Below, in pieces: positions 52,443 to 64,000 of a DNA stretch of 64,000 bases. Location of the stretch: positions 631,528-695,527 of the forward strand of contig BCIN01000008.1 in NCBI GenBank assembly GCA_039545335.1, in the 5' to 3' direction. A model generated the notes under the pieces. The model made no database searches. It saw nothing but the letters and a program-made list of their open reading frames with translations, and was not told where the DNA came from. A program made the translations under genes and the position numbers. Position 1 is the first letter of the stretch. Each line of letters begins with the position of its first letter. The stretch comes from Kondoa subrosea (Eukaryota).

Positions 52443-55002
52443 TCATTTCCTTGCTCGTTCCGCCTTTCTGAGTTGCATGCGAAGATTTGATGCTTCTGCA
52501 AGGAGGATCAGCTTATTGCAAGATAGAAGCAATCAGCTCACCTTGCTGCAGAGAGTTCACTTCATCTAGCAAAGCAGTTCGTTGCTTATTCTCCCTAGAC
52601 TTAAGCTGCTCGATCTCTTCCTGCGCATCTCCAAGATCATCTTTCAGGTCCTTGATCTCATTCTCCAGCTGACTTTGATCACCAGCTTGGGCTAATTCAG
52701 CTTGCAGCGATTCGATCTTCTGTCGCATGCTACTTTGCTCGCTATCGATATTCTTCAACCGATCTTGAGCTATTGACAAATTGCTTTCTGCCTTCTTCTT
52801 TTCTGCTCGATGTTGTTCTATTGTTTCCGATAGCTCGTTCAATCGCTCGATATATGTTGCTTCCTGCTGCGATGAAACTTCAATACGTTGTTCCAGATCT
52901 TTCACCTTTATACCTTATCAGAAAGGTCTTTTAACGTGGGAATAGGCGACTTACCTGCTGTTGAGATGTCTGAAGACCCTGTTTAGCTTCTACTAAGGTT
53001 CTTTGCGATCGTTCTGCATTGACTTGCTGCTGTTCCACAAGACTTTCATGTTGAATTAAGCGATCTACCAGCTTCTTGTCATCCGCTAGCATGTTACGAG
53101 TCTACAGTACCGATGTTAGTGGGAGAGTAAGCAGTAAAGGACGTTCACTGACCTTTTCTACAAGCTCTTCAATGGTAAACTTAGGTGCATTGACAAGATC
53201 AAGCCCAAAGTTGCCTAGAGGTATCCGACTACTAGAAGTAAAGCAAGCTTTGAAAGTTTTGAGATCGTCTGAATCTGCTACTTTAAGTCGAGCTTCGCTT
53301 GACGGAAGAGCTTTCCATATTTCCGCTAAAGATTTCATAGTCCGGCTTTCTTTCGCAGTAAGCTCTTCTAGTTTGGTAGCGAGGTCTTTTTGAAGTGAAG
53401 AAGATTGGGAAGAAGAGTTGGCCAATCTCGATTCAAGATCCTTGATCTGAGCATCAGCAGCTTGCAAGTTTTGCGTCATGGCTTCTCGATCTTGTCTGAG
53501 GTCTTCTATTTGATGTTCTAGTTCTTGTCTAGCTTGAATAGCTTGAGCGCTTTCTTTCGAGCTCGATTTCTCTTGCTCAACTTCCCTCTCTAATTCTTGC
53601 ACACGTTCTTGTAAATCCGACAAACCACTTTCCAACACTTTCGCATCTTCACCAAGTCTATACTTTGCTAAAACACCAACAACCTCTTCTCTCCACCTTA
53701 ACATTTCTTGTTCTTTCTTTTTCAAATCCGTTTCTGTTTTCCTGCTAACAATCAAACCATCTTCGAATTTCCTAGCTCTAGAATCAGCTAAAGTATATTG
53801 TTGTCTCAAAGCTGAAAGTTCTTCTGCTTGATCTGATAAAGTTTGATGAGCATGTTGTAATTCACCTTCTGTTTCGGCTAGTCGTTCCATTATAGCAGGA
53901 GAAGGGTTCTTATTGGAGGAAAAAGAAGTTTGTAATCCATTTGGAGAACGTAGAGAAGAAGCAGAAAGAGGAGTAGGTAAAATTGAATCTTTGTTATTGG
54001 CGAACAAGTGATAACCATCAAATCGAGCTGGTGTATTTGATCGAGAAGTTGTGGTCGAGGATCTTGATGGTGAAAGAGGTTGTTCTTCTGTTGTTGTTGA
54101 AGAGGGTTGATCAGCTTCTTCCCTTCTTCTTAGAACGAGTGAAAGAACAGCAGCCATGTGTCTTAGTAAGCGTGTTCGAAGTTCTGCTTCTCTCTGTTGC
54201 AAGTTTGCTAGATCTGCTGTTATTGATGCAATCTTGGTGTTTGATGAATCTAGCCGACCCACAGATGATTCAGATCTTGACATAGATGTAGATCCATTAG
54301 CAGATCGAGAGGAAGAAGGTGGTGAAAGAGCTACTGATCGAGCAAGAGATGAAGCCGCATCACGCATCTTGATCTCTAGGTTAAGCTTATGCGTAAGAGC
54401 GTTGATCTTATTCGCAAGTAAAGTATGTTCCTGCATCAATAAGCATATTAGACCACTTGCATGAAACTCTAATTGGAATGAGTACATACCCGCTTAACGC
54501 CTTCTAATTCCTCCCAGGACATGACACTGAACTCTTTCGACTCGAGCATAGCTTGACTAGACAATAAATCAAGTACCATTTCTTCTTTTGATGCTGCATT
54601 ACTTGAAGACCCGTTCTCAGACATTGAAGAAGATGCTGAAGCTCTCAAACCAGACCCAAAGATAGAACTAGGAGTTACTGAAGTAGCAGAAGCAGGCGAA
54701 AGAGGGAATCCAGTACTTCGAGATGTATCCGGTGTTTGCATTTCATGCCTTGCTGAAGCGAATGGCAACCTCGTCTCATCCTCCAGCACGTCTATATCTT
54801 GATAAGTAGACGTGAATGCCTGATCATCATGAGTGCTGTCTATTGAATGCTGAGCTCTGTTCCGAAAGATGTTTTGCTGTTGTTTGCCTAATTTGACGGG
54901 CGAATCCAGCGATATTTCAGGCTGCTGTGAGGTATCCGTAGCCAATGTCTGAGTATCTGTCTTTAAGCTCAAAGCTTTGGTATTACTCCATAAAGATCTC
55001 AT
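52443..55002 (-). CDS. Uds1 (up-regulated during septation) domain coiled-coil protein, multi-exon
   Basis: LLSSQAMLESKEFSVMSWEELEGVKR|EHTLL...KLNLEIKMRDAASSL...RLLRHMAAVL followed by long coiled coils. Confidence 0.8.
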
Positions 55003-55052
55003 TGCTCGTTTCGCGAAAAGAAGAGGCAGTCAACAACAACCTCCATGCGAAT

Positions 55053-56314
55053 TCAACTTGAAGTTTGAGATTGCACTCTCTCTCTTACTGCAAGACCAAA
55101 CTCTTCGCATACCTTTTTCGCTTTCCCACTACTCACTGATTCCCTTGCTAATCTCACACCATCTTTCAAATCTTTCGCTTTACCTGAAACATACAATAAC
55201 GCAGCAGCATTAAGCATGACGAAGGTTTCTAGAGGTGAATCTTGTTCTATTGATCCATTGAGGAGTTGTTTGAAAGTAGCTGCGTTTTCTTCTGCTGATC
55301 CAGATCGAACAGAAGTTAAAGGATGCGTTTGTAATCCGAAATCCAATGGTGAAACAACCTTTTCTTCTATACTATCTTTCTTGATTTCCCAAACCTACAT
55401 CATGATCCATAATAAGTCATTTCACAGAGTATAAGACGAGAGAAAGAAACGTACATAAGTTTGACCGGCAGGTGAAATCTCATCTAAACCTTCTGCACCA
55501 CAAACAACCCAACCCGTTACTCCTCCTTGTTTCAAAGCATGCGCAAACACAGGTCCTAATTCTTTCGAATACACTCCAAGAACCATAACATCCGGTTTAC
55601 CAGGATTAATTAAAGGACCAAGCAGATTGTAAATCGTAGGGAAAGGTAATTGTTTTCTGACTGGTGAAGTTTTAGCAAAAGTTGGATGATAGAGAAAAGC
55701 AAAGAGGAAAAGAAAAGGTGATTCGTGTGGTAGTTTGTTCGGTTGAAGTTGTGTGATGGGAATACCTAATTCCACTAGGAAATCTGCTGAGCCTGATTTC
55801 GATGTTGAAGCTTTCGATCCGTGCTGTATCCCTTTAATCATGAGTTTCAATCACCTCTACAAAACAGGGTTACTCACCTTGCATACTCTCATGCCTGGTA
55901 CACCAGAAGCTACAATCGCAGCAGCAGTAGAAGCATTAAAAGTATCCTGACCATCACCACCCGTTCCAACAATATCACAAACAACCGTTCCTTCCCTTTT
56001 CGGTAAAGTAACAGAAATTGCTTTCGCTCTAGTTAATCTAGCATACTCTGCCAAGAAACTAGGATCCTTCTCTCTTCCCAAGAAATGAATGCATGTTAAC
56101 CAACTACCTAATTGAGCTGAAGTGGTACCATCTGGATGTGAAATATGTTCGATAGCAGAATGTAAATGAGCCGGAGTGAATGACTCGGGTGAGACAGCCA
56201 GTAATTTAAGTAAAGGCTTGAAGCTTTCTGCTGTTGGTCTGATTGTGACAGACAATAAGTTATATGTACAGAGATAGTCAGCGTTGCACGAACTGACTGC
56301 TTCGGATCTGTCAT
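55053..56314 (-). CDS. TRP4: Anthranilate phosphoribosyltransferase, multi-exon
   Basis: DIVGTGGDGQDTFNAST, HGSKASTSKSGSAD, TIYNLLGPLINP, GLDEISP, MLNAAALL. Confidence 0.96.
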
Positions 56315-56398
56315 TCTATTGGAATGACTCGTTGAAATGGAACAAGGTTCGGAAAATGTTTAATAACACACTACTCTTGGCAACCCCTACTCTTAGCG

Positions 56399-56968
56399 AT
56401 GACCGACGACTCTATTTGGGCTGAAAGCGATGATGGAGGACAGCAAATAGCAGGGCAAGAGTACGATAAGCTGGAATCACGCTTTCACGATGTTTGCTCG
56501 ACTCGTCTGCTTGAATTACTTCAAGCTGAGGCTAGCTGTGGTTGCTGTGATTGTTAGGAAGGCTACAGGGAAGGAATATTGAAAGGCAAAGAAGCTCATC
56601 TGCAGGCTGGATTTGATTCTGGCTATACATTGGGTTCTCAAGCTGGTCGAGAATTGGGTCGAGCTAGAGGTCAAGCGAATGCATTATTGGCTTTGTCGAT
56701 CTCTCGTCAGCGTTCCGATCTGGTAGAAGAACTCAGGAAATTAGTCATTGATCTTGGAAAGCTCAAGTTGGAAGATGTCGCTGGCAGAGATTAGGAAGCA
56801 GAAGATCACTTTAGATTAGAGCATGGTGGTGAAGCAATGAGGGATACACCGTTGGAAGATCAATTGAGTTTACTTAACGGAGTGGGAAAGCAAGAGACTG
56901 GCATGAATTGGCAGCAGTGTCAAGCTAAACTATCGGAACTCAAGCATAGGTTCCAGGCTGGCATATAA
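56399..56968 (+). CDS. YAE1: Yae1-like protein (deca-GX3 motif) with in-frame TAG at 56792-56794
   Basis: EYDKLESRFHD|EGYREGILKGKEAHLQAGFDSGYTLGSQAGRELGRARG. The frame continues for 57 codons after the TAG. Confidence 0.8.
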
Positions 56969-57486
56969 GTAAGCACGGTGTCTAGGAGTGTTAAAGCTGG
57001 CTGATAACCAGAGCAGAGCACTTCAATTTGCACAGCATTCAAACTGCGAACAGGTTGCAGGAATCATTTCTGGAAGCTTTTTAAGCGCCGACGATCGTTT
57101 TCAGTACGTAGCGTCTTGCTCATCCGTCTGACATCACTCAGCCCTAATTGCTTGTACAGATTACTTCGTCAACTTTCGCCCTTTCAAGGTATGCTCAAAC
57201 AGCGCCGAAAGTGGTCGTCGCTTTTTCTATTCGTGCCCTTATAGGTGACTTATAATGCTCGTGACATTGATCCTTTTATTCACGATCTTCTTCTACGTCA
57301 AGCAGGCATAAAGTATCTGTTTCAATCTGTTCGTCATGATACAGTAAGCTTGTCCTGTCAGCCGGAAGCTATTAGTGTCCTAGCATCGAGAACCAGAATG
57401 AGACATTCCCGAAAGCTAGCTCCTTGTTTGACCAAACCTGTTATCTTTGAGAAGTCCACCTTTTGTTCCGTTACCGCGATACCAAA

Positions 57487-58001
57487 ATGTCTCAACCTCA
57501 AGCAGACGCATTTGATGACTGGGAATCCGTAGGTTTCAACACAGTATCCTCTACTAAGCTCAATCCTAAGCTATGTCATAGGAATTCGACGCACCGGAAC
57601 CAGTTCAACCAGTTGCTGCCCCTCAGAAGAAGAAAGCTCCTTCATTGAATGTACACGCTCAGGAATATAGACCAGTAACCAATTTCACCATTATGCCTTC
57701 ACCTTCCTTACCTTCTATCCTTACTACACCAACTATGCAAATCTTACAAAGACCAGCTTCAAATGGTCCTTCTAGTCGAAGCGCTTCACCTGGTTTGAAC
57801 AAAAAGGAGGAGAAGACGTGGGAGCAAAGACAGCAAGAGTATCAGAATGCTAGAGATAGAATCTTTAAAGAAGAACTTGAAAAGAAACAAGCTGAGGAGA
57901 AGGAGAAGAGGGGGGTTGCGATTCAGAGACAACCGGAATTACCACAGGAAGGAACAGGGTTTGGTTCGAGAAGGAAACAGGCAGCTAATGCTCAAGCATG
58001 A
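57487..58001 (+). CDS. SUZ/SUZ-C domain protein (SZRD1-like)
   Basis: DAFDDWE..., MQILQRP, KTWEQRQQEYQNARDRIF, IQRQPELPQEGTGF. Confidence 0.75.
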
Positions 58002-58767
58002 AGGTTCGAAATTCGTCAAAACATGTTGGAATGGCAAGAAGACAAGATCTAGCGGCTCTTATCGTATCGCGTATGCTTCAAGATCACACTCTCTCATCAC
58101 ATGCCCGAAATCAGCCAAGCAGGACCCCGAATGCTGCAGCGAGACGTCCGTCCAAGTCGCAAACTATGCATTTTGCCAACTATGACTGAATGGCGGCGCT
58201 CTCCTTCCTTTTGATTCGATGACATACACCGGATCAGAATATAGAATACTTCGCCGCACTGCGATTCACTTTCGTGTGGTCAAAAATAGATGTTATTACC
58301 TTGCGGGTAAGTCTGCACTCTGGCTGCAGAATAGATTGTGGTAGCTGATGTTTCTTAGTGCTAAGCTTATTGAAGCGAACGATTATAGTACAATGCAGCA
58401 AGATTTCAATCGATCACGCTCAAATATGTAAGCTTACTTAGCTGATTTCTCGAGCTTGCAAGCAGTATTGATCCTGCGCGCAGTACCCAAGCATCATATG
58501 AAGCGTATCTACAGAATTAAATGGCTACGGTCTACTTCTGCTCATTCAGGTTGAACATCGCAAATGTTGGTTTTCTCGGTCATTTTATCGTTTCGCACTT
58601 GTACTTAGATTTGCATATCAGAGCTGTAATAGAGCTTATCTGTCTGGCTTCGCTTGTTATCTCTCCTTGCTGGCAAGAACCGATCTTCCGCCCACTATTG
58701 CCCCGACTTCTTATCTTTCAAACTCCTCCGCTCTCAATCGAAGCAACCAAGTCAAACATCAACCCAA

Positions 58768-60324
58768 ATGGCAGAAACTGATATCTTGCCTATCCTTTCT
58801 CTCAAAGCTCTTGATATCGAAGATGGACGTGCAGCCCTAGCTGAGAAATTCCGCAAAGCCGCTACAGGTTCTGGTTTCATGGTCATGGTAAGTCAAACTT
58901 GCCTCGCACAAGACCGATATTAGAGCGAAAGTGAAGAGCTAATGATAAACTAGACAGATCATGGCGTTGATCCTAATTTGAGTTAGTATTGATTTCTAGA
59001 ACCCCACTTGATCGCTTTGGAGCTTATCTTTTGGAATTATCGCATTAGTTCAAGCTACTTTTGAAGTATCCAAGAAATTGTTCGCTTTACCTTACAATGA
59101 GTAAGCATCTCTCTCGTGGTGAAGAAATGGGAAAGAATGGAATTGAAGGATTGAAATAGGAAAGTTAAGTATGAGAGAGATGCCTTCACGAACAAGGGCT
59201 ACGAGATTATCGGGAACCAGTCGCTCTACGGACAAGCGCATGGAGGACACGAGCAGAAAGTGATTTCTTTCCCCTCGTGCTCTGTTCGAAATAGCTGAAC
59301 TTCGTCGATAGTTTGGCGAACATGTATGCCAGACAACAGCATTGATGCATACAGCTCACATTAAATGGTAGCACGGTATAACGGATCTCAAAGAAGGTTG
59401 GATGCTTGGTCCTTCCGTACATGATGAGAAGAGCAATATGTGGAAACGCTTCGCGCATGGACCGAATAGGCTGCCTTCAGAGGAGGTCTGCCCAGGGTTG
59501 GAGTCAACCGCGACTAGGTAAGCCATGGGTCGTATCTGTTGCAAAATAGCTGACCTGGGTATCAGATACTACGATACTATGCTCGCCCTCTCAGGGTCGT
59601 TCATGCGCGTTGTCGCAAGATCATTAGGTCAAGATGAGAATTACTTTGAATCTGTCATGAAAGAACCTATATCGTGAGCAGTCTCATTGCGGCTGCGTTC
59701 ATCTGTCTGACATGTCAAATGAAGAGCTGTTCGATTGCTGCATTATCCACCTCAACAAGCTTCGGATGATTCGGTACAGATAGGAGCGGGAGCCGTGAGT
59801 GCCTCTTTATGAATTACATACCTGGCTCACTCCTTTTGTTTAGCACACCGATTTTGGTCTGACAACATGGTAATTAGAGCATACGTCAGGGAACGCAATA
59901 GCCAGAGCTGACACATTGTGCAGGCTAGCAATCCCACCTAACTCACCCGGTCTTCAGGTCTGGCACGCAGATGCATGGCATAAAGTTACTGCGCCGGAAA
60001 ACAGTTTCATCGTCAACGTTGGCGATTTGTTGAGCGAATGGAGCGGTGAACATAAATACAAGTCTTCGCTTCATCGAGTAGTCAACGCTTCACCCAATGA
60101 TCGATACTCGATACCCTTCTTCCTCGGTAAGTTTTCGTCCTTACAAAAGTCTTCGAAGCCAGTCAGCCTGACGATGTCTCTCAGAGGGTAATAACGATGT
60201 CCTGGTCGAGCCTCTGTCATTGAATAAACAACCAACTTCTGGAAAGGCAATCAAAGTCGAGGAGCACATCAAAGCGAGATACGAGTATACATATGTCCCG
60301 TCGAAAGACGAGGCAAAAGCCTGA
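58768..60324 (+). CDS. 2OG-Fe(II) oxygenase (IPNS/DIOX-like), multi-exon
   Basis: GFMV.|DHGV, NKGY, RLLHYPP, GAGA|HTDFG (HxD), FIVNVGDLL...YKSSLHRVVN...RYSIPFF. Confidence 0.92.
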
Positions 60325-60422
60325 TTTTGCACCAGTTATAATATGCACAATGTATCTCACAATGAATTGCAGAAATTAAAAACGCTGAACCCTTTTCTTT
60401 TCTTGTTCTATTGTTCTATTTT

Positions 60423-63141
60423 CTAGATCGTGTACCGGAACTCAGGAGCATTATCACCCAAGTTATGTAATTCCTCAATGGTATAAACTTTGCGCTCTTC
60501 TTCTGGCAATGCCATTTGTGATGCCATCCAGGCTTCTCTTTCCTTATTCTTCTTGTTCAGTCTCCAAGCATAGAAAGTCGCCATAGGGATTCCCATTGCG
60601 AGCAAACCCAAATTGACACCATGGCCGGTGAAGTATCTGCCTCCCTGTGCATTTCGGTAAACTAGGGTGAACTCGTCAGCTATATTCTACGGACACTTTG
60701 TAAACCTACTGTTTGATGCGATCAATCCACCTATCGAGGAATAGGTTCAGCAAGTTAGATCATATATCTATAGACTGCAGCCTTACCAAAATTGCCAATA
60801 CCAATTTCAAAAGAAACGCCAACAGCACGTTTGGTTTGACCTCTGAGGTTGACAGAGAGCCATGCGACAACAGTGGGCAGAGCAGCATAGGCACCTAACC
60901 CAAACATGAGGACCTCGTTGTCGCGCAAAAGGTGTGATGCTTACCCATCGCGACTAAGTATAAGAGCCGAACATGAGGACCTTGTTGTTGCCCGAAATAG
61001 AGCAAAGCCTACTTAAGTACAATCCGAAGTAACGGACTTGGTATGGCGCTGGACTGATATTGATGATAAATCCGACGACGCAAAGAGCCTTTTGGGAAGG
61101 GTATCAGGTACCGTTGAGCGAAAAGAATCCTTGCAACTTACTTGATCAATGATCAAGAACATGTAGCGCTTTTGCATTTTATCGGCGAGGATAGACGAAA
61201 CAAGTACCCAAATACATGCGACGACGCTGTCAATCGAAGCTTCAGCTTGGCTGTATGAAGCTTAGGCTAAGAAACTCACTAGATAGGTACAGTCAATAGC
61301 TGAACTATAGGTCTTGAGAACTTTCCAAAACCATCTGCGTAGCCAGACAAGATGAGCTTGATCTCTATAGAGGGCCTTCCGACATACTGATGAGGGTCGG
61401 AAGAGTGAGACCGACGGAGTAAACTATTGCAGTCAAGAAGCATAGCAATGAGTGAACGCTGTTCCTATTGAAGAGGCTCTTGACCTACGAGGGGTGACAA
61501 TACTGATGTAGAACAGAGTGGCTGTGATTGTCTGCCAATTCCAAATACCAGACCAAATGAGCTTCCAATTCATGCCAGTGTGTTCGCCATGAGTTGTACC
61601 GTCGGTGGCTTTGCGATGGACAGTCCAGGCTCTTTCTTCTTCATTAAGCCATTTCGTATCTTCTGGATAATTTGACAGGAAAAAGTAGGACACCATTCCA
61701 CATAAGGTCGTGAAGATGCCCTTTGAGGAGATAAGCGAGGGTTATGAAGAGGGATAAAGCCAGCGAACTTCGAGAATGAAGATCCAATTCCAGCCATTAT
61801 AGCCTGCAGTTCCGCTCATAAATTGAATCCCTGGCGAAGAAATCGCAGTCAGCTTGAGATGGGCTCAGACAATCACAACACACCATACGCAAGCAGTCCA
61901 GAAAAAGCGCCGCTGCAATAGATGTAAGGATATGACCGAGCACGAAATCACTGAGCAACTCACGCAACGGTTGCAGCACTATGATCAGAAGATCAAAAAA
62001 GTGTACGATCTTCAGAAAAGCGTACTCACCTGAAAAAAATGGCGATTCTGAATTGCAGCAGAGATCTCGGATACCATAGACTCAGCAAATACGCGGCGCC
62101 CGGGAAGAGACCTTCAAAATTCGATCAATACTACATTACGCGAGTGCTGAACCGAAACCTACCAGCTTCGAAGATCTTATGAAAGTCATGATAAGTCAAG
62201 ATCTGATATAAAGAAGCCTTGCACCTACCCCGAGAAGCACTCGCATAGCGATCAAACCACCGAAAGTCTCGATCAACCCCATACCGATCATTGTTATGCC
62301 AAACAAGGTGACAATAAGACTAAGCCAGATCTTGGGTGCCAGCTTCTTCAACATCAAATTTGCAGGTACTTCAGCCAGACTGAAGACTCAACATAAGCCA
62401 ACAGAAATGTCTTACGCATAAGAACCAAAACTCACTTGTAGCTGACCTGTTGCAGACTAGTAAGCATCGATACGAGGTCATCATAGATCCGGAACGCACG
62501 AAGAAGATCGCTAATGTTGCCGGCCAATAAGTATTGGTCGAGCTCACGCAAAAAGGGAGCATACACAGAGCAAGAGCGTAATCTGAAGATCTGCTCAGCG
62601 CGAAAAATCTCACATCAGAGAGTAGTTGCGCACCTCCAGAAGTCATGTTGAGATCCTTTTCCAGGCCACTCAAACTGCGGCCGCGAAATTTAGCTCATTA
62701 TACCCAAACATTGCTCCTTACTTACCGAGCATTGCCAATGCTGGAAATCTTTCGGTAAGCTCTTGTATATCAGAAGAGTCAGTGCCTCTCACTTTCCGCT
62801 GTTTGGAATGTATCAGCGAGTGTTCCATTGTCAGATGACTTCACAACAACTTACCGATCCAGGAAGGCTACCAGATAGAGAAGGGCCTGCTCGGATCACG
62901 CCAATAAGTGAAAAAGCTGCGGCGCGCGAGACATTGGACTTGCAAGAATCGGCAGGAGATGTAAATCAATCTGAATACCCTTGTTCTTGAGCACTCAATT
63001 CCAGCCTTTGCACAAATTGCGCACCTTGCGATACAATCGCTTCTCTGCCTTTGCATCCAGCATTACAGTGGGGACAGCAGATTTCTCAAACACATGAGAG
63101 TCCTCCTTATGCTGATACTCTTGCTTATCTTCTGTATTCAT
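60423..63141 (-). CDS. MFS transporter, allantoate/nicotinate permease (Dal5/Tna1-like), many exons
   Basis: AEKRLYRK, VPANLMLKKLAPKIWL, LFPGAAYLLSLWYPR, AGWNWIFILE, YPEDTKWLNEEER, GQTKRAVG, LGDNAPEFRYTI. Confidence 0.92.
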
Positions 63142-64000
63142 CTTTGAAGGGTATCGTCGGATGATGGAGCAGAAAGAGGAGTCCCCAAAGAAAGCTGACA
63201 CGGCTCCCCGCTATGCATAATCCGTTTAACAAAGGCAGTCCACTCGATTTTGGTTTGCCCATGTGTCACAAGCTGACACAAAAAGCTTGGCATAGTTTGG
63301 TAAAACGTTGACACGAAGTCACATCTCTGGGAGCAGCGATTAAAATAGAGCAAGCTTCCCAGATAAACAAGCAAGACACGAATAGAGCCTTGACAAATTG
63401 TAGTCAATAAAGCCAGGAAGATTCAGATTATCAACAACGCGAAATTCCTGCACGATCACACCGTGTTATGCGGCGAAGGATCGAAGTGTTATACATGAGG
63501 GCGATTCTGGTAGAGTAGGCGAATCAAGTTTGTTGTAGCTGGAGAAAGAGCGAGGTTTGAGGGGTTCGCAATTATTGTCTAATTTAAGGCCGAAGTTTCA
63601 CTGTCCAACAAGAGCTGCAAAGTCTTTGTCATTTGTATCCAATGCTGCTGTCGTGAAAGGCGGAGTATCTATGTCAAACTTTCACGTCGAGCGCGTGGAA
63701 TCAACATAAGACACATCCACCATTTGCCAGCCGTGTCTGTGACATACCTAACAGAATAGGGAAAATATAGGTCAGTCGTCTGTTACAGTCGAGCTTGGCT
63801 GAATTGTATTCGGTGATGTAGACCTCGCATATTTGTTTGCTTGCTCATCGCAAATAGTCAACGCATCTTGAGGGGAGTCGAAATCTGCCTCTCACAGCAT
63901 ACGATGATCACATAGGATAGAATGAAGACTTAGCATGGAAGCGAGAGCGATGATCATGTGGTGAGCCTGAAATTGATGCCAAATAGTGTTAGATAGCAAG

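Noticed and set aside
39048..56794. Genome-wide TAG reassignment suggested by two in-frame TAGs
   Set aside because: TAG terminates several genes at the expected ends here (FN3K, both bL21m copies, NUDIX, the MFS permease).
57055..57080. U3 snoRNA box A-like string (ggaatcatttct)
   Set aside because: The match is short and I found no supporting downstream boxes.
58768..63141. 2OG oxygenase plus MFS permease as a secondary-metabolite cluster
   Set aside because: No backbone enzyme or regulator is visible in the window, and both families are common.
1..64000. Transposases, retroelements, tRNA/rRNA genes and CRISPR arrays
   Set aside because: No such motifs or periodic repeats were recognised by eye. 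A covariance-model scan would be needed to exclude small RNAs.

Overview
Gene-dense, intron-rich fungal genomic DNA with short (about 45-65 nt) GT-AG introns and many micro-exons. It is most likely a basidiomycete, inferred from the Rrm4-like gene and the intron style. About 28 protein-coding genes can be supported: a DUF5923/DUF4449 protein, MED1, a NUDIX hydrolase, a BTB-like protein, a PIG3-type quinone reductase, fructosamine kinase, PurU, VPS10, an SDR, an SDT1-like nucleotidase, SSD1/DIS3L2, a kelch protein, DMA1, an AA9 LPMO, RRM4, GGTase-I beta, GH16, a Uds1-domain protein, TRP4, YAE1, a SUZ protein, a 2OG-Fe(II) oxygenase, an MFS permease and several orphans. The most unusual observations are: (1) two intact, diverged copies of the mitoribosomal bL21m gene form an inverted repeat bracketing about 32 kb; (2) an orphan gene just outside the left repeat appears to fuse an HMG-box-like domain to a flavoprotein with GxGxxG, DG and GD motifs; (3) YAE1 and an HExxH orphan each carry an in-frame TAG; (4) the Ssd1 homologue keeps the full RNase II catalytic motif and has a PAM2-like motif; (5) two introns with similar sequence flank a 9-nt exon. 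No RNA genes, transposases or CRISPR arrays were recognised. Gene boundaries were read by eye and are approximate.
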